Shown: positions 51,594 through 60,866 of the stretch, piece after piece
Numbering within the stretch: the first letter of the stretch is position 1
How the letters are laid out: each line of letters begins with the position of its first letter
IMG/VR virus record: IMGVR_UViG_3300033156_000775
Coordinates: 43,030 to 107,029 of that record
DNA from: a virus
Strand: one strand, 5' to 3'
Length of the DNA: 64,000 nt
Made by a program: the position numbers and the translations under genes
The notes under the pieces: model-generated
Seen by the model: only the letters and a program-made list of their open reading frames with translations
Database searches by the model: none
Told to the model about the DNA's origin: nothing

Positions 51594-52652
51594 ATGGAAG
51601 TGAAGGATATATTAAGTGATCTTATCACTGAAGTTACATTGTACTTTGGAGAGCCCTGGAGATACAAGAACACTGAGGGAGTTATCCTCCCAATAATAGC
51701 TAGGGCTTCATGGGAAAGGAACTATGTCCTACTTTCGGAGGTACAGGACCAGGTTAAGATAACTGACACTGGAAGCATCAGTAAGCTAAATGTAGAGAAC
51801 AGCTCTGACAAGAATGTCCTCATTAGAACTGGAGAAATGTTAAAAGGGGCTTCAACTCAGCCAAGGACATTCCAGCGTTCAGCTGTCATAGCTCCTAACA
51901 AGAAGAGCCTCATAGACGTAAGATGTATTCAAGCTTCACACCCAATATTGCCTAGTAGCAGATTCACAGCTACTGGATGGTATACTCCTAAAGAGGTCAA
52001 TGAAGTCCTACTGTCTTCTTATTATACTCATAATAGGCAGGGTGCTGTATGGCAATGCATCAACAGTATCAGCACTACATATCATGCATTAGTGTCAGCA
52101 TCAAGTCCAGAGCTAGCTACTTCTCTTAGCTACACAGATTCTCTGATAGATGCTCAGAGGACTTTGGAGTCTGGACTCAAAGTGCTAAGTGAAATGATTA
52201 GCCATGTCCCCATACATTCCAAGCAGGTAGGAGCTGTATTCTTCAAGGGAAACAAACTACTAGGGCTAGAGATGTTTGACAGTCCAGATTCATGGAATGC
52301 TTCGTATGAAGCTGCTATCAAGAAGTATGGTTACAACCTAACAAGCCCAGTGGATGAGTCAGTGCTAGATGTCAAAGTTAGAGCTGAAGTTGTAAAGAAG
52401 AAGGCTAAGGAGTTCATTAGGAAAATCATTGAATCCAAGATACATGACAAGGTAGAAACTGGGCTCTATGAGTCCGCAATATTGGAGAGCAAGGATATAG
52501 TTGGTGAATATGTAAGGATGGACGACAGAGTAATCTATTTAGTGGCATTAGCAAAGGATCCTAGCCAAAAGCCTCCTAGCACCAGGACTTTTCCATCAAC
52601 ACAGACAATTACGTTTCCTGATGTGACATTCACAGGCTGGAGTGTGGAATGA
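51594..52652 (+). CDS. ARPP-1/DUF6569-like protein
   Basis: GEMLKGA..Q.R...IDVRCIQ; QGAVW; QVGA...LGLEMFDSP. Confidence 0.7.
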   Translation: MEVKDILSDLITEVTLYFGEPWRYKNTEGVILPIIARASWERNYVLLSEVQDQVKITDTGSISKLNVENSSDKNVLIRTGEMLKGASTQPRTFQRSAVIAPNKKSLIDVRCIQASHPILPSSRFTATGWYTPKEVNEVLLSSYYTHNRQGAVWQCINSISTTYHALVSASSPELATSLSYTDSLIDAQRTLESGLKVLSEMISHVPIHSKQVGAVFFKGNKLLGLEMFDSPDSWNASYEAAIKKYGYNLTSPVDESVLDVKVRAEVVKKKAKEFIRKIIESKIHDKVETGLYESAILESKDIVGEYVRMDDRVIYLVALAKDPSQKPPSTRTFPSTQTITFPDVTFTGWSVE

Positions 52653-53521
52653 AATTGGTTGACTTTAGGGAAAGGTTGAAATGGGTTACACCTGGAGAAT
52701 GGGAGCTAATAAAGATCCCAGTAGAGGACATCAGGGGAATATCAAAGTTTAATGTTAGACAGATAGCTCCTGAGATGGAGATAGACATTCTAGCTAAATC
52801 CCTTAAAGTATCTGGGATCAACATAGTCCCAGTTGTCCTTGATGAGAACAATGAGGTCATAGCTGGTGGACGTAGATACATGGCTGCTAAACGTGCAGGG
52901 ATAAAGGAGCTATTTGCCATTAGGAAACCTATGAATGAGAAGGAAAAGCTAGTATACTCGATGATTGAGAATGTAGTCCGTCTAGACTTACATCCAGAGG
53001 ACAAGTTCAACTTTGCACTGAAGATGCGTAGAGCAGGGTTCAATGTAACAGAGATAGCTGAGATCCTAGGTGTGCATAGGCTCACAGTTACTGAGTGGCT
53101 AAAGTGGCATGACATCCCACCAATATTACAGGAAACAGAAGAAGGGGCTAGGAGATACCAACAACTATCACAGAGGACTAGAAAGAAAGTTAGACCACTC
53201 CTCAAGAAGGAGCCATTCAGGAAGAATGTTGACAGTGCAGTTAAGCTGATGAAGGTGGCTGAGAAGGGACCTACAAGGGAAGTGGAGCAGATACAGAAGG
53301 AGACTAATCTTGGGCTGTATCCAAACATGGACTTCCATGAGGAGATAGCTGAGCATGAGGAGGAATATTCTCTACACCACATCAGGTTCCATAAGGATCT
53401 AGAAAGGAGGCTAGTTAAGGTCTTCAGATATATGGGATGTGGCTTCTCAGATGGTGTAGTAGCCCTGCTAGAGGAGATACTACCAGATAAAGAGAAAGAA
53501 CTGGGGATAGTACCTAGTTGA
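52649..53521 (+). CDS. ParB/Srx-domain protein with HTH
   Basis: FNVR, PVVL, IAGGRRYMA, IENVVR.DL, EIAEILGVHRLTVTEWL. Confidence 0.88.
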   Translation: MKLVDFRERLKWVTPGEWELIKIPVEDIRGISKFNVRQIAPEMEIDILAKSLKVSGINIVPVVLDENNEVIAGGRRYMAAKRAGIKELFAIRKPMNEKEKLVYSMIENVVRLDLHPEDKFNFALKMRRAGFNVTEIAEILGVHRLTVTEWLKWHDIPPILQETEEGARRYQQLSQRTRKKVRPLLKKEPFRKNVDSAVKLMKVAEKGPTREVEQIQKETNLGLYPNMDFHEEIAEHEEEYSLHHIRFHKDLERRLVKVFRYMGCGFSDGVVALLEEILPDKEKELGIVPS

Positions 53522-53955
53522 GGAGTAAGAAACTAGTGGACATCGAAATTAAGAGAGCTTTGGATTTTGCTATGAAGCTAGCTTTGACATTTAGGAGTAG
53601 GGTTGGAGCAGTTCTAGTAGCCGAGAACAACAGGGTATTTCTGGGATTCAATATTGAGAACTACTGTCACAAAGGCTACCATGCAGAGGAGACAGCTCTC
53701 ATAAATGCCCTACTACATGGATATAGAGGCATAATGCTTAAAGAGCTCTATTTGACATATGACTTCCATGAACACTCAGAGAATATCTATCCAATGTGTG
53801 GACATTGTAGGCAGCTATACTGGGAGTTTACCCATCCAGACCTATTTGTCACGGTAGTAAATCAGAAAGGAGAAATAATGTACAGTGGGAAGCTTTCAGA
53901 GCTATATCCTTTCCCATATCCAAGAATAGATAGAAATGTAGTCCGGACTACATGA
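53518..53955 (+). CDS. Cytidine deaminase-like protein
   Basis: VGAVL, GFNIEN, HAE, PMCGHCRQ. Confidence 0.88.
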   Translation: MRSKKLVDIEIKRALDFAMKLALTFRSRVGAVLVAENNRVFLGFNIENYCHKGYHAEETALINALLHGYRGIMLKELYLTYDFHEHSENIYPMCGHCRQLYWEFTHPDLFVTVVNQKGEIMYSGKLSELYPFPYPRIDRNVVRTT

Positions 53956-53967
53956 GGAGCTTAACGT

Positions 53968-56508
53968 ATGGCTATTGAACTATCCTTGTGCAACATCGAT
54001 TACCAAATACATGATGACAAGCCAATAGTCTATTTATTTACTAGAGACTCTAATGGAAAACAGATTATAATTCCAGATGACACCTTCGAGCCATACTTCT
54101 ATGTTGAAAGTAGGGCTCTATTAGACCCTAGAATAAGGAAGATCATTGGTATCCTTGGAAAGGAGCTTTCTCCTAGGGTTAAGAGAATAGACTTTGAATA
54201 TCATGGCCTCACTAGGCTAGGAGTCTCAGAGCTAGCTAGGGTAACCTGTAGGGTTCCTGGTGATGTGGCTGAGATAAGGAGGAAGCTTCATAGTCTTAGC
54301 CCTCCTATAGAGACGTTTGAAGCTGACATCCTATTTGTCCTCAGATACCTAATTGATAGAGGAATAAAGTGTGGAGTCCTATACGATCCTATATCTAGAA
54401 AGGTTCTAGGTCCAGCTGAACCCGAGAGCAATTATAGAGTCCTGTTCATAGACATTGAAGTCCTAGCTAAGAACCAACGTGAGCTGCAAAAGTATCGGGG
54501 ACCTGTCATAATAGTTGGCTTTTATGACTCCTATACTAGACAGTATTTTGTCCATTATACTGGCCATTATCCGCTTAGAGGGTTATCGTCTCATTTCAAG
54601 TACCATCCCAATGAAACATCATTGCTACAGAGCATTATTGACTATCTTTCTAACGAGGATACTAGACCAGACTTTATCCTTTCCTTCACCACTTTTGATA
54701 TGATATATCTTCTTAGGAGGATGATCTTCAAGGGGCTAGACTACAGAGCTATCTCTCCAATTAGACATGTCAAGATAGATAGCAGGAGACACCAGATCCT
54801 GATAGGTGGGATGGAGTACCTGGACATTGGAGAGATATATCGGACTTTGTATCGTAGACATGCCAAGTACTTTTCATTAGAAGATATCTGTAGAGTAGCT
54901 TTGGGACACAGATATAGGAAGATACCTCTAAAGTATGGAGATGTATACAATACTTGGCTGATGGACAGGAGAGATGTAGTATTCTACAACCTCAGAGACG
55001 TATATTTGATAAAGAAGCTTGCATACCACACTGCCTTGTTAGAGTCCCTTGATGTTATTAGACGTAAGATAGGAGTTAGAATGTCAGATGCCCTTACTCC
55101 TTCTAGGATAGCTGACGTTGCACACCTAAGGCTCCTACATGGAAAAGTAGCCCTTCCAACCAGACCTATAGAGAAGCCTGAGCATCTAGATCGGTTGAAG
55201 TACAAGGGAGCTGAAGTATTCGAATGTAAGGGAGGTATCTATGATAATGTCTTGGGAATAGACTGGGAAGCTATCTACACTAACGTCATGAAAGCATTCA
55301 ATATTGGGTACAATACACTAGATCCATATGGCAAGCTAAAGATAGATGAGAGTCATAGGTTTAAGTCTCCAGATGAGGAGGAAAGCTGGACAGTCCAAAT
55401 TATAAAGGATATTGAACCATTGCTTCAGGAGAATAAAAGGCTAATCAAGGAGGCCCAGAAAGCAGGTGATGAACGGCTAGTAAACTTGTTGAAGGCTAAG
55501 CGTCTAGGCTTGAAAGCAATATTGCATGGCCAGTATGGCTACTTTGGCTTTAAAGGGGACCCTAAGAAAGGATATCCAGCATCTAGATTGCTATGCATCA
55601 CCATTGCTGAAGCAATAGCCATGGTCCCTAGAATAATACAGGAAGAAGGAGTTAAAAGGGCAGCTGATGAGTTAGGTTATGAGCTAATATATGGGGATAC
55701 TGATTCATTATACGTTAAGCTTCCACCTAACACAAGTCCAGAAACAGTGAGAGATCAGTTTCAAGAAAAGCTATCGGAGTTTATTAGGAAGAGATGGAAC
55801 ATTGACCCTGGATACTTCAAGCTTGATATCGATGTTCTATTCAAGCGTGTGATCTTCCTATCTAAGAAACGATATGCAGGGATAGATAGCAATGACATGA
55901 TTGTCAATAAGGGACTGGAAATAGTCAGGAGAGACCAGTCTATACTTACATCTAGAACTCAGGAAGGACTTATCAGACATATCTTTAAAGAGAGCAGTAG
56001 GGAAGCAATTAAGAGATTTGTAGCTGAGCAAGTAAGCAGGATGTATTCAGCTCCATTGATGGAAATAGCTGTCCCAGCTAACCTGAGACATAGAGTTGAA
56101 GAGTACAAGACTAGCTCCCAGCATCTAAAGGCATTTGTGTTTTCCAGGGACTATCTCAATATCCCATTAGCTGAGGGAGAAAGATTCTACTATGTCCTAA
56201 TCAAGCCTATAAACGCTAGGTGTAAGATTAGGATAGGTGACAAGACACGGACATTCACCCCTGATGGTGTAGCCTTCACTCATCCAGACCAGATAGCTGG
56301 GGAGCTAAGTATGAGGGTTGAGAGCACACTACTAGATTTCTTCAACACCCAGATGAACAGCAAGGTTCAGCTGGAAATAGATTATGAACGGATGGTGGAC
56401 AAGACAATAAAAGGGAAAGTTCTACCTTTCCTGGAATTGTTACATATATCATGGGAAGAAATTATGGATGAAGTTTGCAAGATGAGAAGTCTAAATAGAT
56501 TAAGCTAG
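53968..56508 (+). CDS. polB: Family B DNA polymerase (archaeal type, atypical motifs A/B)
   Basis: FEPYFYV, FEADI..RYLID, DIE, YNLRD, DWEAIY, KAILHGQYG, YGDTDS, KKRY, KGLEIVRRD. Confidence 0.95.
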   Translation: MAIELSLCNIDYQIHDDKPIVYLFTRDSNGKQIIIPDDTFEPYFYVESRALLDPRIRKIIGILGKELSPRVKRIDFEYHGLTRLGVSELARVTCRVPGDVAEIRRKLHSLSPPIETFEADILFVLRYLIDRGIKCGVLYDPISRKVLGPAEPESNYRVLFIDIEVLAKNQRELQKYRGPVIIVGFYDSYTRQYFVHYTGHYPLRGLSSHFKYHPNETSLLQSIIDYLSNEDTRPDFILSFTTFDMIYLLRRMIFKGLDYRAISPIRHVKIDSRRHQILIGGMEYLDIGEIYRTLYRRHAKYFSLEDICRVALGHRYRKIPLKYGDVYNTWLMDRRDVVFYNLRDVYLIKKLAYHTALLESLDVIRRKIGVRMSDALTPSRIADVAHLRLLHGKVALPTRPIEKPEHLDRLKYKGAEVFECKGGIYDNVLGIDWEAIYTNVMKAFNIGYNTLDPYGKLKIDESHRFKSPDEEESWTVQIIKDIEPLLQENKRLIKEAQKAGDERLVNLLKAKRLGLKAILHGQYGYFGFKGDPKKGYPASRLLCITIAEAIAMVPRIIQEEGVKRAADELGYELIYGDTDSLYVKLPPNTSPETVRDQFQEKLSEFIRKRWNIDPGYFKLDIDVLFKRVIFLSKKRYAGIDSNDMIVNKGLEIVRRDQSILTSRTQEGLIRHIFKESSREAIKRFVAEQVSRMYSAPLMEIAVPANLRHRVEEYKTSSQHLKAFVFSRDYLNIPLAEGERFYYVLIKPINARCKIRIGDKTRTFTPDGVAFTHPDQIAGELSMRVESTLLDFFNTQMNSKVQLEIDYERMVDKTIKGKVLPFLELLHISWEEIMDEVCKMRSLNRLS

Positions 56509-56523
56509 GGTGATAAATATATA

Positions 56524-57441
56524 ATGAGAGTTTTAGTTACTGGTGGATGTGGATTCATAGGGAGCAATCTAGTGGAAAAACTAGTTGATGAAGGGAATAC
56601 TGTGACCGTATATGACAACCTGCATACTGGATCAAGAGACAATATCTCTGGCTTGGACGTTGATGTTCATATCCAGCTACGAGCAAGGCCCTACAAGAAC
56701 CTATTGAGAGAGGTAAAAGACGTGGATGTAATATTTCATTTGGGCATGCCATCCAGCTCTCCAATGTACAAAGATGACCCTGAGCTAGTTGCTTGGACAA
56801 TCAATGATGCAATTGATATTTTCGAATACTCAAAGGAGACTGGTTGTAAGGTGGTGTATGCTAGCTCAAGTAGTCTCTACAACGGCAACATTGTCCCCTT
56901 CAGAGAGGACATGGACATTTATATCACTGATTACTACACTGAAACCAGATATTGGATAGAGAGACTGGCTCATTTGTATAATACCCTGTTTAGTGTACAA
57001 TCAGTTGGTCTAAGGCTCTTCAGTGTCTATGGTAGAACGGAACATTACAAGGGGAAATATGCAAACATAGTCACCCAGTTCCTATGGTCAATTAGCAGGG
57101 ATCGTCCTCCATTGATCTATGGAGTTGGCACACAATCAAGGGACTTTATACATGTGGATGATGTGGTAGAGGCATTTATCTTAGCTTCAAGAAGGGACTT
57201 TGAATGTGAAATATTCAATGTAGGAACTGGAGTTTCATACTCGTTTAATCAGGTGGTTGAGATAGTAAACAAGGCTCTAGATAAGAACGTTAGGCCAGTT
57301 TATGTCCCCAACCCAATTAAGAACTATGTGTATCACACGTTAGCTGACACCACTAAGGCATCTAGGATGTTAGGGTTCCAATCTAATATCTCATTGGAGG
57401 ATGGGATTCAACGTTTAATTAAGGATTATAAGATAAGGTGA
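56524..57441 (+). CDS. NAD-dependent nucleotide-sugar epimerase/dehydratase
   Basis: TGGCGFIGS, ASSSSLY, YxxxR in place of YxxxK, RDFIHV, FNVGTG. Confidence 0.92.
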   Translation: MRVLVTGGCGFIGSNLVEKLVDEGNTVTVYDNLHTGSRDNISGLDVDVHIQLRARPYKNLLREVKDVDVIFHLGMPSSSPMYKDDPELVAWTINDAIDIFEYSKETGCKVVYASSSSLYNGNIVPFREDMDIYITDYYTETRYWIERLAHLYNTLFSVQSVGLRLFSVYGRTEHYKGKYANIVTQFLWSISRDRPPLIYGVGTQSRDFIHVDDVVEAFILASRRDFECEIFNVGTGVSYSFNQVVEIVNKALDKNVRPVYVPNPIKNYVYHTLADTTKASRMLGFQSNISLEDGIQRLIKDYKIR

Positions 57442-57656
57442 TGTCTATGAGTTCAGATCTAGATGAAGCATACAAATATTGTCCACAGTGCCATGTTGAG
57501 ACTAAGAAGACAGTTGTCACATACATTAAGCCTCAACATGGAATATTCAAGACTGACTTGTCCAGTAGGAAGACTAAGAAAAAGGTCACTGAGACCACAT
57601 ATGAATGTCCAAAGTGCGGATGGAGCTACTGGGTTATACAGGAAGAGGAGGAATAG
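57438..57656 (+). CDS. Zn-ribbon protein
   Basis: CPQC...CPKCG. Confidence 0.55.
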   Translation: MMSMSSDLDEAYKYCPQCHVETKKTVVTYIKPQHGIFKTDLSSRKTKKKVTETTYECPKCGWSYWVIQEEEE

Positions 57657-58324
57657 TTAGGGATGGGCATACATGTAAAGATTAGGAAGGAGCATGGTAA
57701 AGCATACTTAATTGGGAAATATCTAGTGTCTAGTAGGGCTAAATACCCATTATCAACTTATACTAATGTGCCCCATGAGGATTTGAGGAAAATAATTGAG
57801 AAGACTCTAGAGCTAGAAATTAAAAACAGAGTCATAAGGGACTCTCTTGATGAGCTCCTTAAGCAATACTCTGGAAGCTTGTTGATAGATGGACTTCAAG
57901 TAAGAGTGTTGGTTGACAGCTCAGTAAAGGAGCCACTCTTAGTGGTAACTCCAGATGACTACTCAAGGATAATTGAGCTTGAAGGATTCGTGTTTCTGGA
58001 AAGTGAGGTAGATGAGTATAGGAATAGACCAGACTAGGACAAGGGACAAGCTAATGTCCATTGTCCCAGAGGGCATACGTCCAGAGATATATGACACTGA
58101 GTTCTACAGCAACTTTAGCCCAAACCCTGAAACACTAACGTTCACTATGAAATTCAAGTATAAGGGACAGGTACTCCAGATTACGATAGGCTATTCGATG
58201 CTAGAAGATCAGGAAGCTCTAGATGAGCTTAGGAAGAGATTTGCATTTGCTATTCAGAGGCTAAACGAGATGATTGAGCAGGGACTTGTATTGACCTCTA
58301 TTCGTCCAAAGAATAAGGAGTACA

Positions 58325-58714
58325 TTGCGTAACAGGTGTCCAGCTTTGACTAAAAACAAAAGATCATCTAGCAAAGAGAGGACTTTAGCTGATTTCTGTG
58401 ACAGGTGTGGAGACTGCTGCAGGGACTTCAGCATAAGGCTACGTCCAGAGAAGAGTCTGCTAGAGACTTTGAGGTTCAGGTATGGTGATGGCTTTAGAGA
58501 CAACGATGTACATTTGCTGATAGACAAGAATGGAGACGTCTATATCAGGCTGTTCCGTCCATGCCAGTTCCTAGCAAATGGGAATGAATGTATGATCTAT
58601 GATGAGAGGCCAGAGATATGTAGGAATTTCTACTGCTCCAAGGCTAGGAACAGATATGACGCCTGGAAGTCTCTCCATAAGAGGAACAAGGATAAAGAGA
58701 AGGATGACGTTTAG
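58325..58714 (+). CDS. YkgJ-family CxxCxxCC Fe-S/Zn protein
   Basis: CDRCGDCC, CQFL, CMIYDERPEICRNFYC. Confidence 0.85.
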   Translation: MRNRCPALTKNKRSSSKERTLADFCDRCGDCCRDFSIRLRPEKSLLETLRFRYGDGFRDNDVHLLIDKNGDVYIRLFRPCQFLANGNECMIYDERPEICRNFYCSKARNRYDAWKSLHKRNKDKEKDDV

Positions 58715-58995
58715 CTTCTATAGTGTAGTCCGGACTACATCTGGTGAGGACTATGTATAGTGTGGATGTAACCAGACAGGTAGTAGAACAGCTTAGACAT
58801 TTCCCTGAGCTAGCTCTGTTCTTTGATACGCACTTTGTAATTAAAGACAAGGTTTCCATAGTACCAGTCTTCACTAGGGAGGGAATGACATTCCCCAAAT
58901 ATTCCGTTATAGCTAGAAGAAACATCACATTCATTGACAAAATAAGATATTATTTTAGAGATTTTGTTCTCTACATGAGATATCTAAGGTGATAT

Positions 58996-59190
58996 TTGAT
59001 GGTGGACTATATAATTAAACAATTAGATATTGACATTTGGGAAATAATCTCTCCTAAGGGAGAACTTTATCATGTCTGGATAGACGCTAACGGAATCTTT
59101 AAATGCACATGTCCACATCACGTCTATCACAAAGGAAAAGTAGAATGCAAACACATTAAGATGGTGAAAAAACGCTATTTGAGGGAATGA
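58996..59190 (+). CDS. SWIM zinc-finger protein
   Basis: CTCP...CKHI. Confidence 0.8.
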   Translation: MMVDYIIKQLDIDIWEIISPKGELYHVWIDANGIFKCTCPHHVYHKGKVECKHIKMVKKRYLRE

Positions 59191-60173
59191 TATTGAGTAA
59201 CTTAACGGATATTAAAGGCTTAGGGCCTAAGAAAGCTGAGCTTCTAGAGGAGAAGGGAATAACAACTATAGAGCAAGTGTCCATCATGGAGCCTGAGGAG
59301 CTAAAGGTTATTCTAGGTGTCAACCTCAACAAGGCTAAGGAAATACTGGAGTCAGCTAATGAGCTCACTGAGGGTAAGATAAGGCTGATGACAGCTAAGG
59401 ACATCTATGAAATAAGGAAGAAGACCATCAAGAGGATACCTACTGGGTCAGCAGCTCTTGATGAGATGATAGGTGGAGGAGTACCTACATGTTCGCTGGT
59501 AGGGCTGTTTGGACGTCTGGGAAGTGGTAAGTCCCAGACTTGCTATCAGCTAATAGTAAACTGCATGAAATATTTAGGTAGAAAAGCAGCTTTCATAGAG
59601 ACAGAGCCCCAGACATTGGACTTAGATAGGATACTACAAATGGCCAATGATCAGGGAGTTGAGCTAGACTTAGATGATATCTATGTCATCCCAGCTGAGA
59701 TGATAGACAGTCCAGAATGGCTGTACAAGGCATACCAGTTTATCCATCAGCGTATCCTTGAGGGCATGGACATTGGGCTAATAGTAATAGACAGCTTCAA
59801 TGCTCCATTTACTCAGACAGCTAGGGAACATCTACCTATCAGGTCTAGAGCTCAGCGTAGACATATAGGGTTCCTGCAAATGCTAGCTAGGAAATACAAC
59901 ATAGCTGTAGTAATGACATTCCAGGTGATGGGAGTCCCAGATCAGGGGCAGCAGCTTCAGGCTAGAAAGGACTTTGGAATAATGTATCCTCCAGTGGCAT
60001 CTGAAGCTGTGAAGCATGGAGTTAACTACTGGATAGCTCTAAGGAGAAAAGCTGCATCCAAGGGACCATTTCATGAAGCTACACTGGCTGATGGTCCAAT
60101 GCCTAGGGCTACAGTTGAATTCTTGATAGACAAGATAGGCATAAGAGATATTGGTGGACGTAGAGGAGCTTAA
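59187..60173 (+). CDS. radA: RadA recombinase
   Basis: N-terminal HhH (IKGLGP), PTGS..LDEMIGGG, GRLGSGKSQ, IVIDS. Confidence 0.92.
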   Translation: MILSNLTDIKGLGPKKAELLEEKGITTIEQVSIMEPEELKVILGVNLNKAKEILESANELTEGKIRLMTAKDIYEIRKKTIKRIPTGSAALDEMIGGGVPTCSLVGLFGRLGSGKSQTCYQLIVNCMKYLGRKAAFIETEPQTLDLDRILQMANDQGVELDLDDIYVIPAEMIDSPEWLYKAYQFIHQRILEGMDIGLIVIDSFNAPFTQTAREHLPIRSRAQRRHIGFLQMLARKYNIAVVMTFQVMGVPDQGQQLQARKDFGIMYPPVASEAVKHGVNYWIALRRKAASKGPFHEATLADGPMPRATVEFLIDKIGIRDIGGRRGA

Positions 60174-60498
60174 GTGTAGTCCGGACTACATTCAAGAGGC
60201 ATATACATTGACAGATGCTCGTGAATCTATATTCAAGAACAAAGCAAATGAATTGTTAGAGTTCTTGATTGAGAAGGACAGGAAATATGCTGGTGACATT
60301 CCATTAGGGAATATTAAGGAATATTCAACAAAGTGGGACATATCACCTCTCAAGGTGTTGCTTGTTAGGATTCATGACAAGCTCAATAGAATATCAAAGA
60401 ATCTAGATGACAAGGAAATACTTAGAGAAGAGATCAGGGACATTTGGGGATACTCATTGATCATCCTAATCTTGATGGATGAAGGTGTTGAAGTGTAA
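60151..60498 (+). CDS. DUF1599-like nucleotide-modification-associated protein
   Basis: KDRKYAG...VRIHDKLNRI...DIWGYS. Confidence 0.65.
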   Translation: MVDVEELKCSPDYIQEAYTLTDARESIFKNKANELLEFLIEKDRKYAGDIPLGNIKEYSTKWDISPLKVLLVRIHDKLNRISKNLDDKEILREEIRDIWGYSLIILILMDEGVEV

Positions 60499-60866
60499 TG
60501 CCTAAAATAGTTATTCTAGGATCATGCAAGTATGAGCCATATGAGATAATGTTTGTACCTAAGAAAGTATCTGAAGAGCTGTATAATACTGAGGAAGGAT
60601 ACAGGATAGCCTCTAAAAAGTGCTACACAGCTATTGATGAAGCTGATGAAGTCTGGGTATATATTCCTGAAGGAATGGGAGAGCATACAACCAGGGACTT
60701 TGAATATGCACTTTCAAAGAACAAGAAAATATTTCTAGTAGTTGACTTTGAAAAGTTCAAGATATGGCAAAATATAGTCCTGAAGCTCAAGGAGCTTTTA
60801 ACCAGAATGTGGATTGAAATTATTAAGGAACTAGAGAAGATAGGACGGTATGAACTTGGACTATGA
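60498..60866 (+). CDS. Nucleoside-deoxyribosyltransferase-like (DUF4406-like) protein
   Basis: IDEADEVWVY..G.GEHT...EYA....K.I. Confidence 0.55.
   Translation: MPKIVILGSCKYEPYEIMFVPKKVSEELYNTEEGYRIASKKCYTAIDEADEVWVYIPEGMGEHTTRDFEYALSKNKKIFLVVDFEKFKIWQNIVLKLKELLTRMWIEIIKELEKIGRYELGL

Larger units (their letters stand above)
622..60190. repeat. Dispersed 16-bp palindrome TGTAGTCCGGACTACA
   Basis: Perfect copies start at 11973, 13814, 18808, 21550, 21671, 25504, 31228, 37206, 40032, 42720, 45543, 45833, 48456, 51378, 53937, 58724, 60175. One mismatch at 622, 5515, 11812, 12380, 24877, 34791. Two to three mismatches at 7809, 16874, 23695. Confidence 0.97.

Noticed and set aside
52630-53382. 250-aa minus-strand ORF, and the many other short antisense ORFs in the track
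   Set aside because: Shadows of well-supported plus-strand genes, with no motifs or SD sites
622-60190. Palindrome as intrinsic terminator or MITE
   Set aside because: No loop, no U-tract, many copies in frame inside genes, and no target-site duplications seen
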